From positions 33,604,001-33,668,000 of the forward strand of contig NC_087246.1 of the NCBI RefSeq assembly GCF_037042905.1: a DNA stretch of 64,000 nucleotides, written 5' to 3'. A model generated the notes under the pieces. That model was not told where the DNA came from and made no database searches. It saw nothing but the letters and a program-made list of their open reading frames with translations. How positions within the stretch are numbered: the first letter of the stretch is position 1; every line of letters starts with the position of its first letter. Positions 14,731-27,767 of the stretch are shown piece after piece. The DNA comes from Lytechinus pictus. Taxonomy: Eukaryota. Position numbers and translations under genes: made by a program.

Positions 14731-16731
14731 ATATTTCTAAAGTAGTTTTTTTATTCATTCAACTTATTAAAGCTAACCCATAATTAGATATGTCGTCCTG
14801 ATATGCATCAAATTGGCAACACATATTACGTACTTAAAGCAGGTTAGACAGTTAAAGCTTACATGTATGTAGAAATCCTCCGTATTATCCCATGACTAAT
14901 GTACACAAGAGACCCAAGAGATTAGGTTTCTGAAAGTCTACGGGTCAAACAAATATTGGCCAAAAGGTTGAATAGGTTCATTATCACATTAGTCTGGTTT
15001 AAAATCAAATGGTGACCTTGAAAAAGCAGTACGACGTCCCTGGTTAACCCAGTAGAGAATTTTAACAGACAGAGAAGTCCAACTTTTCATCGTATCGCAA
15101 CTGTCCCAATTATTCGAATGACGTTTTCTTACTCATTCGATTTGGAAGTCTGGGAAGTATCGACATGAAACCCCTTTTTTACTCATTTTAAGTTAATTGG
15201 TCATCCAGTCTGGGTCAGTGAAGAATGATGATGTGATTTCCGCTTTACCCGAATAAAGCAACAAATGACGCGCTTGACAACAAGGAGGTAATATACACAT
15301 TATATAGGGGGCCTGTTGATTTTTCTGTTGCAGACCAACGATAATCACAATCATGATCGAACAATTCCTTCCAACACTATTGTATTTTGACATGTATTTT
15401 GTATTTTCAACATATTCACGATTACAGGTGTCTTCTAATTCCATCTCCTAGTGTTCCTCTTGATTTTTATTTCAAAGACAAGTGGCGGCACCACATGGGG
15501 CGGGGCCTCGTATGATGTTTGAAAGTGCCAAAGACCATCCCCAAATAATAGTGTAAACTACAATGTATTTTTATTCTGTAAGCTATATTTTCTTCACTCT
15601 ATTCAAAAGATAAACATTACACTTAACACCTTTAGCAATGCCACTCGGCGTCTACCTTTTACAGCTGCATTTTCGTACCTTTCTGGTGTGAAAGATACAA
15701 CCTTGCACTTAGAAGGTTTTTTTCCATAGTAGAAAGGTGCAAAGGTGCTCGTCCTGTGACATCATGTTGTTCTTTCTAAATCTAAAGGTGCAAAGTTATA
15801 CGTTTTCCCTTACAGTTTTCGTGTTCAGAACTCAGAAGAACTCAATCAATAAATGTAATACCATCTGTTGTCATACAACAATGTGACCTGTCTACGGTCA
15901 GCAAAGCTTTACACTGAAGTTATAGATAGATTCATGACAAGGGCTCTAACGATATACACGAATGCCTAGGCTGAGCATGTTAACGGGCTAAACAGATGAT
16001 AACACATAAGCACATAGCTATTTCATGTTACGACAGGTGGGTTTTCCCCGAGGCTCTACTAACATGTCTAGGTAACTGTTTAGTATATGACGCATTCACT
16101 AAACCACAAGGGGCCATTCTGTGTATGACCTGATTCATGTCTACGGGTCATCTTACTTTGATATTAACACATCATGAAGACTTTGGTTGCATCGTGAAGA
16201 AAGATCCTTTGAAGATGAACTGATGGGGAGGTTTACCGCACATGCAATCGAACAGTACTTTCGTAGTGAACTTCGAAATCCTAAAGGCAATTGCAAATGA
16301 AATTAGAATATCCCATGGCGAATCATTTGTGACTCTATTTTCTAAAGTTATACAAGTGTAGGTTAAAAGATATCGAGGGGAATAGATTTGATACTATCTT
16401 GTTCTCTTCTTATTCTGGAAGATTCAATGACTTGGAGGATTCCCTGCCAATGCATGTCCTATATAGAGTAGCCTTAAAGATAAAATATAAAAAACCCGTG
16501 TCTTTGCAAAGAATAAAACCATGGAACAATATGTGACAAATTCTTTAACGGTAAAATGTAAATAGTTCGTAAATACCATTATATTGTTCTTAGAGGGGAA
16601 CATATCTAACAAGACACCTACGCAGATCTAACAAAATTCTCTAGTCGGGAAGAACTAGGTCCCTTTGAAGGATTTTAGTAGCTTTTAGCTGCTATTGTTT
16701 TCTTATTATAACAGGTTTTATGAAACGGCCC

Positions 16732-17645
16732 CCATATAAATTATTTTTTGAAAATAAAATCCTTAAAGTTAATGATATATATTTGTTCCAACTCGGCCAA
16801 TTTATGTACAAACTAAATAAAAATGATCTCCCCGCAATTTTTTCAATTATGTTCTGCAAAAACTCCTCTGTACACGATTATCCTACAAGACAACGAAACT
16901 CCTATCACCTACCTCCAACCCGAACTTTACTTGCAAAAAATTCTTTTGTCTTTTCTGGTCCCGTATATTGGAATTCCTTGCCCAACGCCTTTAAGGAATC
17001 CCCAAACATCACAGTTTTTAAACATAACCTTAAAAAGATGCTTATTAGCCAATACTTTACACAAACAAGTCAATCTACCATATAACCAAAACTATATACA
17101 ACAAAAACTTTTTTTTTAAACCTCCCAGGATACAACTTGCCTGCCGACCTTTTCCCGCACCTGCCATGCTCCTCTTTGCACCTCCAATTGTACCTGCACC
17201 CCCCCTCTCTCCCTACATTTGCTTCTCAGTTCCTCCCTCATTATCACAATTATTGTAACCATACTGTTATTATTTTTTTATTATTATTATTACTATTATC
17301 ACTTATTCTAATTTGTGTTACTCTTTCGTTGTTACCTTTGATATTTTGTATATAGCCTCCTTTTCCCTCCTTTTAAACTGTCTCCCGTCTCTCCTTTATA
17401 TTATAATTTTGTAATATACGTACTGAAACTAAGTTACGGGGGCTTGCCTCTCATACAAGCTTTGCTTTTGTTGGCAAGCCCCTCCGTTCTGTTTTATATA
17501 GTCATTATAGTCAAAGTTACTTTAGTTCGCATTAGTTCTCATTGTTTATACCTTACTCCGATTGATGTTGTACTTCAAATTTGACTATGTATTGTTTGAT
17601 TTTGTTGTGCTTTGTGAACGGAAAATGAATAAATCTAAAAAAAAA
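16732..17645 (+). mobile_element. 5'-truncated L2/CR1-group LINE (ORF2 C-terminus, 3' UTR, A tail)
   Basis: ORF ...HDYPTRQ...SFVFSGPVYWNSLP...FKHNLKK is typical of CR1/L2-group ORF2 ends; 3' hairpin 17439-17482; aataaa and A-run near 17628-17645. Confidence 0.85.
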
Positions 17646-19651
17646 TATATAAGTTGCAATAATGTTGGCACAGATTCATTGTGAAAGCTGGGCCCACTGG
17701 AATCATGTTGTGATATAATGCGTCATTCAGGAGGCCCTACCTGCGTTAGACGAGGCCAATTCTCGTTGAGTCGATCTTAATCATCAAGATCGTGATCACT
17801 CCAATATGGAACTTTCTACCTCCTCCATCCTTTCAAAGATCTGACGTCAATAGTCCCATTGTGTCAATGTAATAAGCCTGTTCACGGTTGTAAACTGCAC
17901 ACGAGCAGAAAAAGGTCATTGGAGACAACCATGAAGGTGGCTTTCAAATTCACTGACATAGGCATTTGTGATTTGATGATTATTCATGTATTCCTTTCAA
18001 AATATTTATCACATCCAAGCTGAAGAGTAATAAATAGAGCCTTCATAATCACTGGTATTTGACAGTAGCCTAAACAATAGTCAAATGTGCCAAAGGCGAA
18101 CAAAACAGATTTTCAAATTTTATCCCTGATGTACTATTCTAGTCACCTGGTCTATACAATGCCTTTTGTTCTTAGAATTTGAATACTCTACCGGTAAAGC
18201 TTACGCAACATCTACATTTGAAATGATAGTGCTTATCCTAATGAAAAATCACAAAGGTCATTGGAGAAAAGTTGATCATGAGCTAACCGTGAACTGGCTT
18301 ATTGAATATGAATGCACCGAGATTAAATCATTCGACGAGGTGGTTCGAAGAGTAAAAGTAATTGTTATATGTTTTAAATGCTGGTGCGCAACATCTTTTA
18401 CTGAGATGGAGAGATAAAGACGTGAGAGATCAAAGATAATGTCAGGAATTCAGAGATGACGCACAGTGGAACTGGTGAATGGTTTGAATGGTTTGGCGTG
18501 CACCTTATTGGTTATCATTTTTCTTCATTGTACATGATATTTTTTTTTATTAATGGGTTAGTTCTCGCTGAATCGTCGTTTTGAAAAACACGTTTTTCAC
18601 TACTACTATATTTGCTAGATTTATCGCTGTGTTCCTTCATGATAATACTTTTTAGTTAGGTTTTCTTTTTCGAATTTTGTTTTGATTCTACCGTTTAATA
18701 TGGTGTACTGTTCAAAATCTCTGTAATTATATGTGTGGCATTATTTTGTAAAAATGACTTTATTGAATTCGATTACGTGCATGCTTTTACGGAAGCATGG
18801 AATGATATAATTGATTGTTTACATTTTTCAAATTAAATATCAAATGATTAGTGACAGCTTCTCTTTGTTCATTGTGATGAACAATATTACATTAATGGTA
18901 AATTATTTTCATTTTGACGCACTTTGTCTACAGTAACACCTGTGTATGTATATCCCATGTCATTTAAATTTGGTCAAGTCTTGTAATTTAGTTCAAGTCC
19001 AAGAGACAGCAAAAGTACAACTGTTGGGAAAAACATGACACTTAACATAAAGTACTCTAAATGAACGCTTTAAAATTGACGCTTACAATCTTATCACTTT
19101 CTGCCAGTTATTTTTGGAGATGTGTTCAACAGCCGCTGTTGCGAATGTCTAGGTGTTCACGTGATGTTAGCCGATTTGAGACAAGTTTGAAATAATTTCG
19201 TGTGATAATGTCACGAACTGTCCACGTGGGCTGACTCACAGAAGACTGTCTACAGAGAGTACCTGGGGAACTGTACATCCCATTTAGGTCTCCAAAATCA
19301 CCTTGCCAAAGTACCCGAGTTCATCTCCTTTTAAGGAACACGACATAAGTGGGGCAAAATGCAATTCCGAAATAACTACTACCCCAAATCCATATGAGGT
19401 GCACCTACATGTTTTGTTTCGATAGGGCTATCAAAATTCAGAGTCATGAAAAGGAGATTTTTTTAATATAAATTTTCAGAAAATACTCATCATGGGCATG
19501 TTATCAGGTCACGTTTTGGGACGTATTGAAACTACACCTCACTGTGTGACAACAGTTATGCCTTAGCTACACCAAATACCCGACCACCCTGACAGCACTG
19601 CATTAACTTTATATAACACAATCATTTGGTTCGGTCTACGACTGGATTCAA

Positions 19652-19957
19652 TAGGGAGTTTCCGCTTCCACGACTCGCGACAGATTCAGGAACGTAGAAA
19701 ACCTATTGTCAAATGCCCTTCATGACAAAGCACCATCAAGAAGTCTTGGTCTAAAATTGGTGAATCAAAACAGCAGTTTCGTCCTGGACTCCAGACAAAC
19801 GGCTTAATTGAATTGCTTTCGTCAACTCCGAAACTTAATAAGGACGAAACTGCCTTTCGGTTCGCCCTCCCAGCTGTTCATTGTCATTTGGCGGGCATGT
19901 ACAATACATACACCGTATTCTTCAATCAGTCCCCGTTGCAGTTGCGAAAACTCGTTA
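19652..19957 (+). mobile_element. ~300-bp MITE family, copy 2
   Basis: Same termini and core (ttgtcaaatgcccttc...gtcaactccgaaact). Confidence 0.7.
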
Positions 19958-20529
19958 TTTTCATTTGGTTATACCGAAGGCCCTATCACACTGACATACA
20001 CCACATCATCCTAAATAATGCAATCGTTTCGTTTAATCTGGAATAAATTTCATTGGTATGACTGTATATCGTCGTTGGAAGGGAAATAATCTAAAACGTC
20101 ATGAAGAACCCGAGGAAAAGTCTGTTGTGAAAATCACAGTCGGAATTAAAAATGCCTCTGGAAACGTGAGTCTCCTTTATTTCAAGGACAAATTATATCG
20201 TTCTTGAGAATATAAAGTGATGTCATGAAAATAATGAAGACATCTCCACATCACACCAAGAACATTGTATATTTTGCCAGTCTCTCTGGGAGATATGAGT
20301 CATTCAAAGAGAAAGGTTTCGAAAAATACGTTGAATCATACATGTACAGGAGAAAGAACTCAAATTCCAAAAGGAACACGACACAACGTAGTTCGGTAAT
20401 ACGTAGATTTTGCTAAGTTGTGATAGATTCGACAACCGCGTTTCTCAAGCATAAGATCTGACTTGAAAGACCTTGTCCTCGACCGAAAAGTTTCAAGTAT
20501 GACAAAATAAAAAAGGCAAGGGCAGTATG

Positions 20530-21715
20530 AATTAGGGTGCGATCCGTGATGGTCATCATATCTAACGAAAGCTGGTCAAGAGGGGAAATACTATTAATTT
20601 ATATAAATACTGGATTACTTCTTCCTGTTCTCCATGCACTGCCATATGTAAGAACAATCGATCTGTCTTGCAAAGAACAAGGGGCTTCATCTGTACAGAC
20701 GATATTGGTATTGCTGCTCGAGACAACAACAAATAGAACGAAGCCACCTTAACATTCGCCACAGGCAGCCTGACACTATACTACATGCTAACCATGTCAA
20801 GACCAAAGTTAGGATATTCCACCTACGTAATCATGAGGTTGGGAACAAGATGTCACAATCATGTGATGGTTCCCCAATTGTCCACTTCGTCCATCATATG
20901 TAACCAGGCATTATGCAACCTAGACCGGTCACTTTTATAAGCAGCACATTGAGAAGGTACAGGGAGAAGTGAGGACCAGGAACAGGCGCGTATCCAGCAT
21001 CAGATCCTACAAAGCATTTCATGGGCCCAATTCTCTTGGGACAATACATTGCTTTGTCATAGTTGATGCTGGATACGCAAATGCGGAACAATCTCCTGCA
21101 GGAGAATTCCAGTTGAGGCCAAACAATCTACACTTTGCTCAACGGTTCCGTCGGCCTTTGCACTTTTGTGCCAAAGTATGCATATCCACAAATATCGACA
21201 GTCTGTACATTCTGCTCCACCGGTCAGCAGTCAGTAGTATAAGGCATTTCTAACAAAGCCAGGATAGTCGCCAAACAACCAAAACAACCAATCGTGGAGC
21301 GGCTAAAATCTCAGACGTCTTACTCTCTGTCCAGCCCTGAGTCGAATCCCCATGTAAACCTCATGAGGAATATTTTTAAAGTGACGACCATCATCTTGAA
21401 AAGCTCTCGCATCTACCACAGATATAATATCACAAGAACAACAAGTCTGGAAGATATAGAAGTCCCTCAACTGATTTCGCACAGGGATGGCCCAGGTTAT
21501 TAAAGTGCAAACGGGGATACACCAGCGACTACAGCACAAGCAATGAATGTGGAGTGTCTGAGACCACGCAGCATCTTCTTAATTGTCCAAACATTGTAGT
21601 TCAGTGAAGCCAGGAAGAACTGATAGCTACAAATGAGAAAGCTCTGTGATGTGTCTGGTGAAAACCTAGTATCTGACTGATGTGTTTAGATGTCGGACAC
21701 GAACGAAAAAGATCA
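20530..21715 (+). mobile_element. Decayed non-LTR retrotransposon 3' portion (I/Ingi/Nimb-like)
   Basis: Broken reading frames give KTKVRIFHLRNHE, LDRSL, YKQHIEKVQGEVRTRN, FRTGMA and a zinc-knuckle remnant ECGVSETTQHLLNCP; ends ggacacgaacgaaaaa; boundaries approximate. Confidence 0.65.
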
Positions 21716-22157
21716 GGCAAATGTAGAGTGTGCTGAAGCCTTTAAATTGTCATAAGCTTCCACATGATTTCGTTCAACCCTTAACACACTTAAGGTGGCA
21801 TACGCTGTACCTCAGAAAGTACCCCTGGTGCCAACATCCAATATATACATATATAAAGGTAGAAATAATAACCTTTTGACTTTACTGCATGTTAAGAAAA
21901 GCAACAAAATTAAATATGTTTACAAACATTAACATTCCAACTGTTATAACAAAATATCACATCGTTTGGATGCTTCCCAGATGTAGTAAGTCAGGATAAA
22001 GTAAATCTGATTCCCATAAAGAATGGTGGGTTGAGGGGTGAGCTCATCGGAAAATCCGTGAAAGTAATGGTTGAGGGGGTGAGGTCACTGGAAAATCCGT
22101 AAAAGTACCAGAAAATGGGCTCGATGGGCTCTTTCCCCAACAACTCTTGATAAATAC

Positions 22158-22350
22158 CAATTCAATTCAATTCAATTCAATTCTTTATTTCATCTCCATT
22201 CAAAACATAATACAAAGTAATATAAAGTAATACAAATCAAGTACAATTTTACAGAAGGGCATTCTTACTTATACAGTATAATATAGAGCATAAATGGAAA
22301 TGAGGGGGATCCACTAAAAAGCAAAGCTTGTAAATTGTGGATCCCCCTTG
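22158..22350 (-). mobile_element. LINE 3' end (L2/CR1 group) with (GAATT)n tail
   Basis: On the minus strand: hairpin gggggatccac...gtggatccccc, then aataaa and (gaatt)x5. Confidence 0.7.
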
Positions 22351-23264
22351 GAAAGGAAGTATAGTATACCCATTCCTCGCCCTCGATGAAAAACTGGATC
22401 TACGTCTACACTTAGAGGCCATTCACCTTATATGGCAAATAACAAACCTTGTTCTTCGTGTTGGATCATAGGTCATCTTGGTGTTTGATATGACTAGTAG
22501 CCATGGAGCGGTTGGGCTGTCCAACCCCTTCCACAAAAGTTATACAGTAAAAAGTGCAAGAGAAGTGAAAAGAACCATAGTAATAATTATATCAATTAAG
22601 ATGATAGGTTAAAGGTACATGTATGGATGGGCACAGAGGAGAGATCTTCTTGACCTCACAAATAGGTTATAATATCCCACGCCACCCGCACTTCACGTAC
22701 CCAATTACACCCTCTATATCTTATACACATGTTTGATTTACGAGAGTGCTTTGTGATTCCAAAGGTTAGCGTTACATTTGACCATTGTTAAATGAGGCCA
22801 GCAGCATTGGAAGTAAATTATATCCACGTTGATTTGGTTGAGGTGGCCTTCCAATTTTGTTGAAATCAGGATTCTCTGCACTTTTTCATCAACATTGAGA
22901 GAAGGTAATTCAAGTAACAAGTGTCGAGTAATTTTTAAACATAGGCCCCGAAAATAAATATAATTAGCAACTGATTGTTTGGATGATTACTGATCACACA
23001 CATTCGATCGTAGGAATCAGCTCACGATCAATCACACACTGTACTTTTATGCTATGGGGGCATGTCTTTGTTTATCTTCTTTGGATGAGTAGCGAGTCTT
23101 TTAGTATATGCCAGTGTTTTTGCTATCATCACCACCCTTGACTGGTATATAAACTCGAAGAATTTACCTCTGACTTTGCTTACCCTACGGACCCATGTTT
23201 TCTTCGCCCAATGGTCTCACAAACGATTGTGTGTCTTGTGTGTGTGTGGGGGGGGGGGGTGAGG

Positions 23265-23295
<31 letters not shown>

Positions 23296-23441
23296 TCAGT
23301 AATGCTAAATTGCATAATCTTAGAATCGTCTTCCTGTCAACGTTGTTGGTTCGAAGGCCTGGTTCCATGACATACCGAACATGATTTTGAACCCTTTGAA
23401 TTTATAAAATCTTTCCATTTTTCGTATAATTTATTTCGAAG

Positions 23442-23706
23442 ATGTCTACTCAGGTCGTTCTGATGACCGGCTGTTCAGCAGGAATTGGTCTTGTTACAGC
23501 TAAACGTCTCGCTCTTGAACCAAATCAGCGATACGTCGTCATCGCTACCGTCATAGCGATGTCGGAGAAGACCGACTTGGTAGCTGCCGTAGGGGACGCT
23601 CTCAATAAGACAATTTTCATTGAGGAATTGGATGTCACAAAGGATTGTGACATCACAACCGTAGTGGATAAAATTCTCAAATCACATGGGCGTATTGACA
23701 TCCTCT
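23442..23706 (+). CDS. SDR gene 1 (RDH8/17beta-HSD1-like), coding exon 1
   Basis: ATG at 23442; MSTQVVLMTGCSAGIG carries the SDR TGxxxGxG motif, followed by LDVT and GRIDIL; phase-1 donor t|gtaagt at 23707; 265 nt. Confidence 0.93.
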
Positions 23707-23781
23707 GTAAGTGTTTTTGCTCTTTATATGAAACATCGTTAAGACAAGCAAGTTTATTTATGAGGTGTCAATTTGAACCAG

Positions 23782-23926
23782 TGGCCCGTTGCAGAAAGAG
23801 TTGCAATCAAACGCAACTCTAAAAATCATGCGTAACTTGATTTTCAACCAATCAACAGCGCGCATTTGGGACTTGCTATTGATTTTTTTACTTGTGTTTA
23901 AACGCAACTCTTTCTGCAACGGACCC
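23782..23926. mobile_element. MITE, same family as 7985 (CAG TSD), in intron 1 of SDR gene 1
   Basis: TIRs tggcccgttgcagaaagagttgc / gcaactctttctgcaacggaccc; cag on both flanks. Confidence 0.8.
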
Positions 23927-23943
23927 CAGACATCATATTAACT

Positions 23944-24125
23944 TTTATAACCAACCTGGTTATAAACCCAAGTTTTCAAGTGGACCATCATTCCTGATGA
24001 CGACCAGAACACGCTGGTCGGAACGTCGTTAACAGTTCTTTTCAGAGCTAACATACATTCAAGAAAGAATAAAAAACAGTCCTTTTCAGGACTACATACA
24101 TGGTGTTTACCGTAAAAAAAACCTC
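23944..24125 (+). mobile_element. Penelope-like terminal-repeat fragment with degenerate hammerhead motif
   Basis: Flanked by 13-bp direct repeat catcatattaact (23931-23943 and 24126-24138); contains CTGATGA-stem(cgaccag/ctggtcg)-GAAC-GTC and a downstream aataaa. Confidence 0.6.
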
Positions 24126-24811
24126 CATCATATTAACTATTGCAGTGTAGTAAGTAAATTCATTGTTAAGGTGTGAATGACTATTCTTTGATTTTATCAA
24201 TGTTTCGACTGAATTAGTAATTTATCACTTCACTTTCTGTACTATCAAAAAACTCAAATAATAACCTTTTTAAAGGATAGTTAGCTGCTAACATGCATAT
24301 CTGTCCAAAAAGGAAGGGCGACAAACCGTAACCCTGAGGTTTCTCACCAAAGAAAACAATTCAAAGGATGCCAACTCTTACGATTTCGTCGTTAGGCTAC
24401 CAAAAATGGCCCTAACACTTACCCTTATTTACTATCAGCACCGTAATCCTCCCTTTTTAAAGAATTAATAAAGATTTACATAATTTTTATGTTAAAACAT
24501 TGAATTTTTATTTCTAAACTTGTCAACTACTGCAAAATAAGGCTCAGATTGCACAGAGCATTTCGCAACTCAGAGCTCAGAGCCAGGCTATATGAACCCT
24601 GATAGCAAGGGCCGAGATATGCGCTATGTGTAGTTCATTTGATGTCATTTGCAAATGCCCCGAAAGCCTAATTTACAAAAACGGGCATTTCTGCATCATT
24701 TTTGTGACAAAAGACGTCATTGTCGGGTCTGTAAATCTGAAATGGTTTGAATGTTACTCTCATTTGGCATTCATCTGATTTTTTTTTCTTCTCTCTCTCA
24801 TATTCCTTCAG

Positions 24812-24991
24812 TGAATATTGCTGGTATCGCTCTTGGTGACATTGCCGAGCTTGTCACGCGTGACATGATCGAGAAGATCTTTAACGTTAATGTTTTTGGA
24901 CCAATGAGACTCACACAGGCAGTGCTACCTCAGATGAAGCAGAGAAAATCAGGGAAGATAATCTCCATGTCAAGTACAGCAGGAAGAAATG
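24812..24991 (+). CDS. SDR gene 1, coding exon 2
   Basis: Polypyrimidine tract and cag| acceptor; encodes (L)NIAG...FNVNVFG...GKIISMSSTAGRN; donor g|gtaagg; 180 nt. Confidence 0.93.
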
Positions 24992-25256
24992 GTAAGGATA
25001 AGCAGAGAATCGTCTTTCAAAGACTTGCGATTCAAATCAATCTCAAGTTGTGATTGATCTAAATTTGTGTAGTTTAGATGTATGAATGTTTAGATCGATT
25101 GCGATTTTATTTCTATATTTAAATGGTCTCCTTCGTTCGTATCAATTGAACTGATTAAAAATGAAATTAAAAAAAGCCAAAAGCATTTTGAAATGCATTT
25201 AATATAACAATAAATTGTCAGTGGCTTCGTGGGGTAATAGTTATTTTACAGTACAC

Positions 25257-25572
25257 TAGCGAACGTTCCCGAGAACACTTTATATAGAGTTTTCACCCCC
25301 ACGACGCACAACGGGTTCGGGAACATTATTGACAAATGCCCTTCGTGACAGTGAGGTCGAATCAAAACAGCGGATTTGTCCTGGACTCTGATGGACAAAC
25401 GACATATTAGCAATTTTTCGTCAGCTCCGAAACTGAATAAGGACAATCTGCTGTTCCGTTTCACCCATTTTCGGCTATGGCCTCGGGGTTGTTTATTGTG
25501 ATTTGACGGGCATTGTCAATACATTTACTGTGTTTTAGATTTCGTTCTGCGTAGAGTTGCGAAAGCTCGCTA
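25257..25572 (+). mobile_element. ~300-bp MITE family, copy 3 (intron 2 of SDR gene 1)
   Basis: Same core; right end gcgaaagctcgcta. Confidence 0.65.
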
Positions 25573-25627
25573 TTATCAATAGAGAACTGAATTCAGTCGA
25601 GTAGGCAAGTGCATGATAATGTTTTAA

Positions 25628-25785
25628 AAGGGGTACTCCGTGTTGAACAAGATCATATCTAAATATTTTTTTAGATATAATCTATTTAATAGAGTATTTT
25701 TCACTGAGCAAAATGCAGAAAATTTCCTCAAAATCAAATAACGAAGTAATTGAATTTTAAAATCAAGCAATATTGTCAAAACAGT

Positions 25786-25859
<74 letters not shown>

Positions 25860-26271
25860 ACGTCGTCTTGAACGCGTGGGTTGATGATGTCACATCCCCA
25901 CTTTCTTTTTCTTATGGTATTACATTAAATCATAGTTTTCAGTTATGCAAGAATGATATGTCTCTCTATTGATTAATTAAGTTGTAGTAATAAATTAAAT
26001 CAGTTTGTCAATCCAATATCGTCGTTCTTGGATTAAGGAATTTGAATAAACATAATTTCATGTAATAAAATGTAAAAGAACTAGTGGTGATATGGCATCA
26101 TCAGTGCTTATTGAATATTCATGAAGACATGTAAAGAATTGTTTCACCGAAAGTCAGATGTCATAACTCTGCTACTCAATGTCCGATTTTCGATCAAGTT
26201 TTTAGTGTTTTGTTTTGTCCGAGTTTTTTTTATCTGTTCAAATCATACTATTTTTGGCCTGGAGTACCCCA
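25628..26271. mobile_element. TTAA-flanked non-autonomous DNA transposon (Kolobok/piggyBac-like), intron 2 of SDR gene 1
   Basis: Termini ggggtactcc / ggagtacccc with TTAA flanks; homologous to 44574-45501; internal (TA)n(TG)n tract. Confidence 0.7.
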
Positions 26272-26469
26272 TTAAAGTACAAAGTCTTCTCATAGACACG
26301 GATTGCATTGGGGGTAACAACAATGGGGGACAGGCGGATTACGCGCCCCCATAAAAAGGGGAGGAGAGAAATAGTGTTGGAAAAGGAAACAGTATGAAGG
26401 AGCATAATTTAAGATTTACTTCCGGCCTATTAAATGGAAGTTTACATTGACCGTTTTCTTTTATATTAG

Positions 26470-26563
26470 GAGTACCCTACATGGACATGTATAGTTCAAC
26501 TAAATTCGCCTTGGAAGGTTTCTTCGAAGCTTTGGCTGTTAGTCTACGTGCGTTTAATATTAG
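26470..26563 (+). CDS. SDR gene 1, coding exon 3 (catalytic YxxxK)
   Basis: Too short for the ORF track; tag| acceptor; encodes (G)VPYMDMYSSTKFALEGFFEALAVSLRAFNI(R); donor ag|gtgag; 94 nt. Confidence 0.93.
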
Positions 26564-27421
26564 GTGAGATAACAGAATATTCAGCAGGGTAGTATGTTTG
26601 TGTATCCTCGACCGGTGAGTGGGTGGCGACATCATGCAACGCCTTTTTATCACAACACTATAGGGATTATCAAGCGATCGTTTGGGTCGATAACCAACTT
26701 CAAGTACATGACGTAGAACTCAGTTGCATAATATACTCCCCTAAGTACATACGCACTTTTACGTACTGGAAAATTGCATGTTGACCTTGGGTAACATAGG
26801 AGTACAATTTACCTATTAGAGCTACAAGCCTTGCTAACATAACATAAACAGCACCATCGTTCAGTTTCTATGCTAGTTTCTATGCTGAACAAAAAACATC
26901 AAAACGTCAATTTATTACATCGGAAGAAGCTGAATGGTTGATGAGCAGATATACGTGTGCATTGGATGTGCATGCATGCGCACTATGCCTGATGCAGAAA
27001 CTTGTACACGTTATGACGTCATCTAATTCAGGCCCACTATTCAACCTCTCGAATTCGAATATTTTGAAAACGATAAAAATACAACAACTTTACTTCAAAG
27101 AGGCAATGAGAGATGGATTAGGTCATCTTTCATTCTTTGTCTAATAGACATTCAATATATTATAGGCACTCCAATAAAGATCCAAGTTAACACAAATACC
27201 TGGCAATCCTAACTATAACCAGGGTAATTATCTTGAAAAGGAAAAGGTGTTCATCGTAACGCCATCACCTTATGCAGTTATGTGGTGGTATTGAAAGTCG
27301 AACAGTCTGTGTATTGTCATCCTGTGAATAGCACAGAGATATACTCTCAATGTAACTATAGTCCGGTTACACATCTTAATTGCACAAGCCATATAAGTTA
27401 TACTATCATCCTATTTTTCAG

Positions 27422-27767
27422 AATTTGTCTGGTCGAGCCTGGTCCAGTACGCACCGCTTTAAGGGATGGGGTTGTGGAGAATTTCCGCACCAGACACCAG
27501 GACAAGTCCATCGATGAAATAGACACCAAACAGCTCCAAAGACTACTAGATAATATATTAACAGAAAAGGGCTCCTACGATGCCTTGATGCCAGAGGATG
27601 TCGCCAAGGTCATTGTGACAAGGTGCGTGGAACCTGACGAGCCAGTGCTGAGACACCTACTTATTCCAGAGGATCTCAATGAGGTGGTCCGAATCGGGAT
27701 GGCCGACCTTACGGGAGAGAAGACCATCGAAAATGCACAGCAATCAATGATTAAAGTTCCTTCATGA
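27422..27767 (+). CDS. SDR gene 1, coding exon 4 (terminal)
   Basis: ttttcag| acceptor; encodes ICLVEPGPVRT... to TGA; the four exons total 885 nt (294 aa plus stop) with consistent phases. Confidence 0.92.

Noticed and set aside
19156-19240. Two CACGTG E-boxes and a TGACTCA site
   Set aside because: Short motifs with no independent evidence of enhancer function
23146-23153. TATA-like tatataaa upstream of SDR gene 1
   Set aside because: Common by chance in AT-rich DNA; the transcription start is unknown and a 5' non-coding exon is likely
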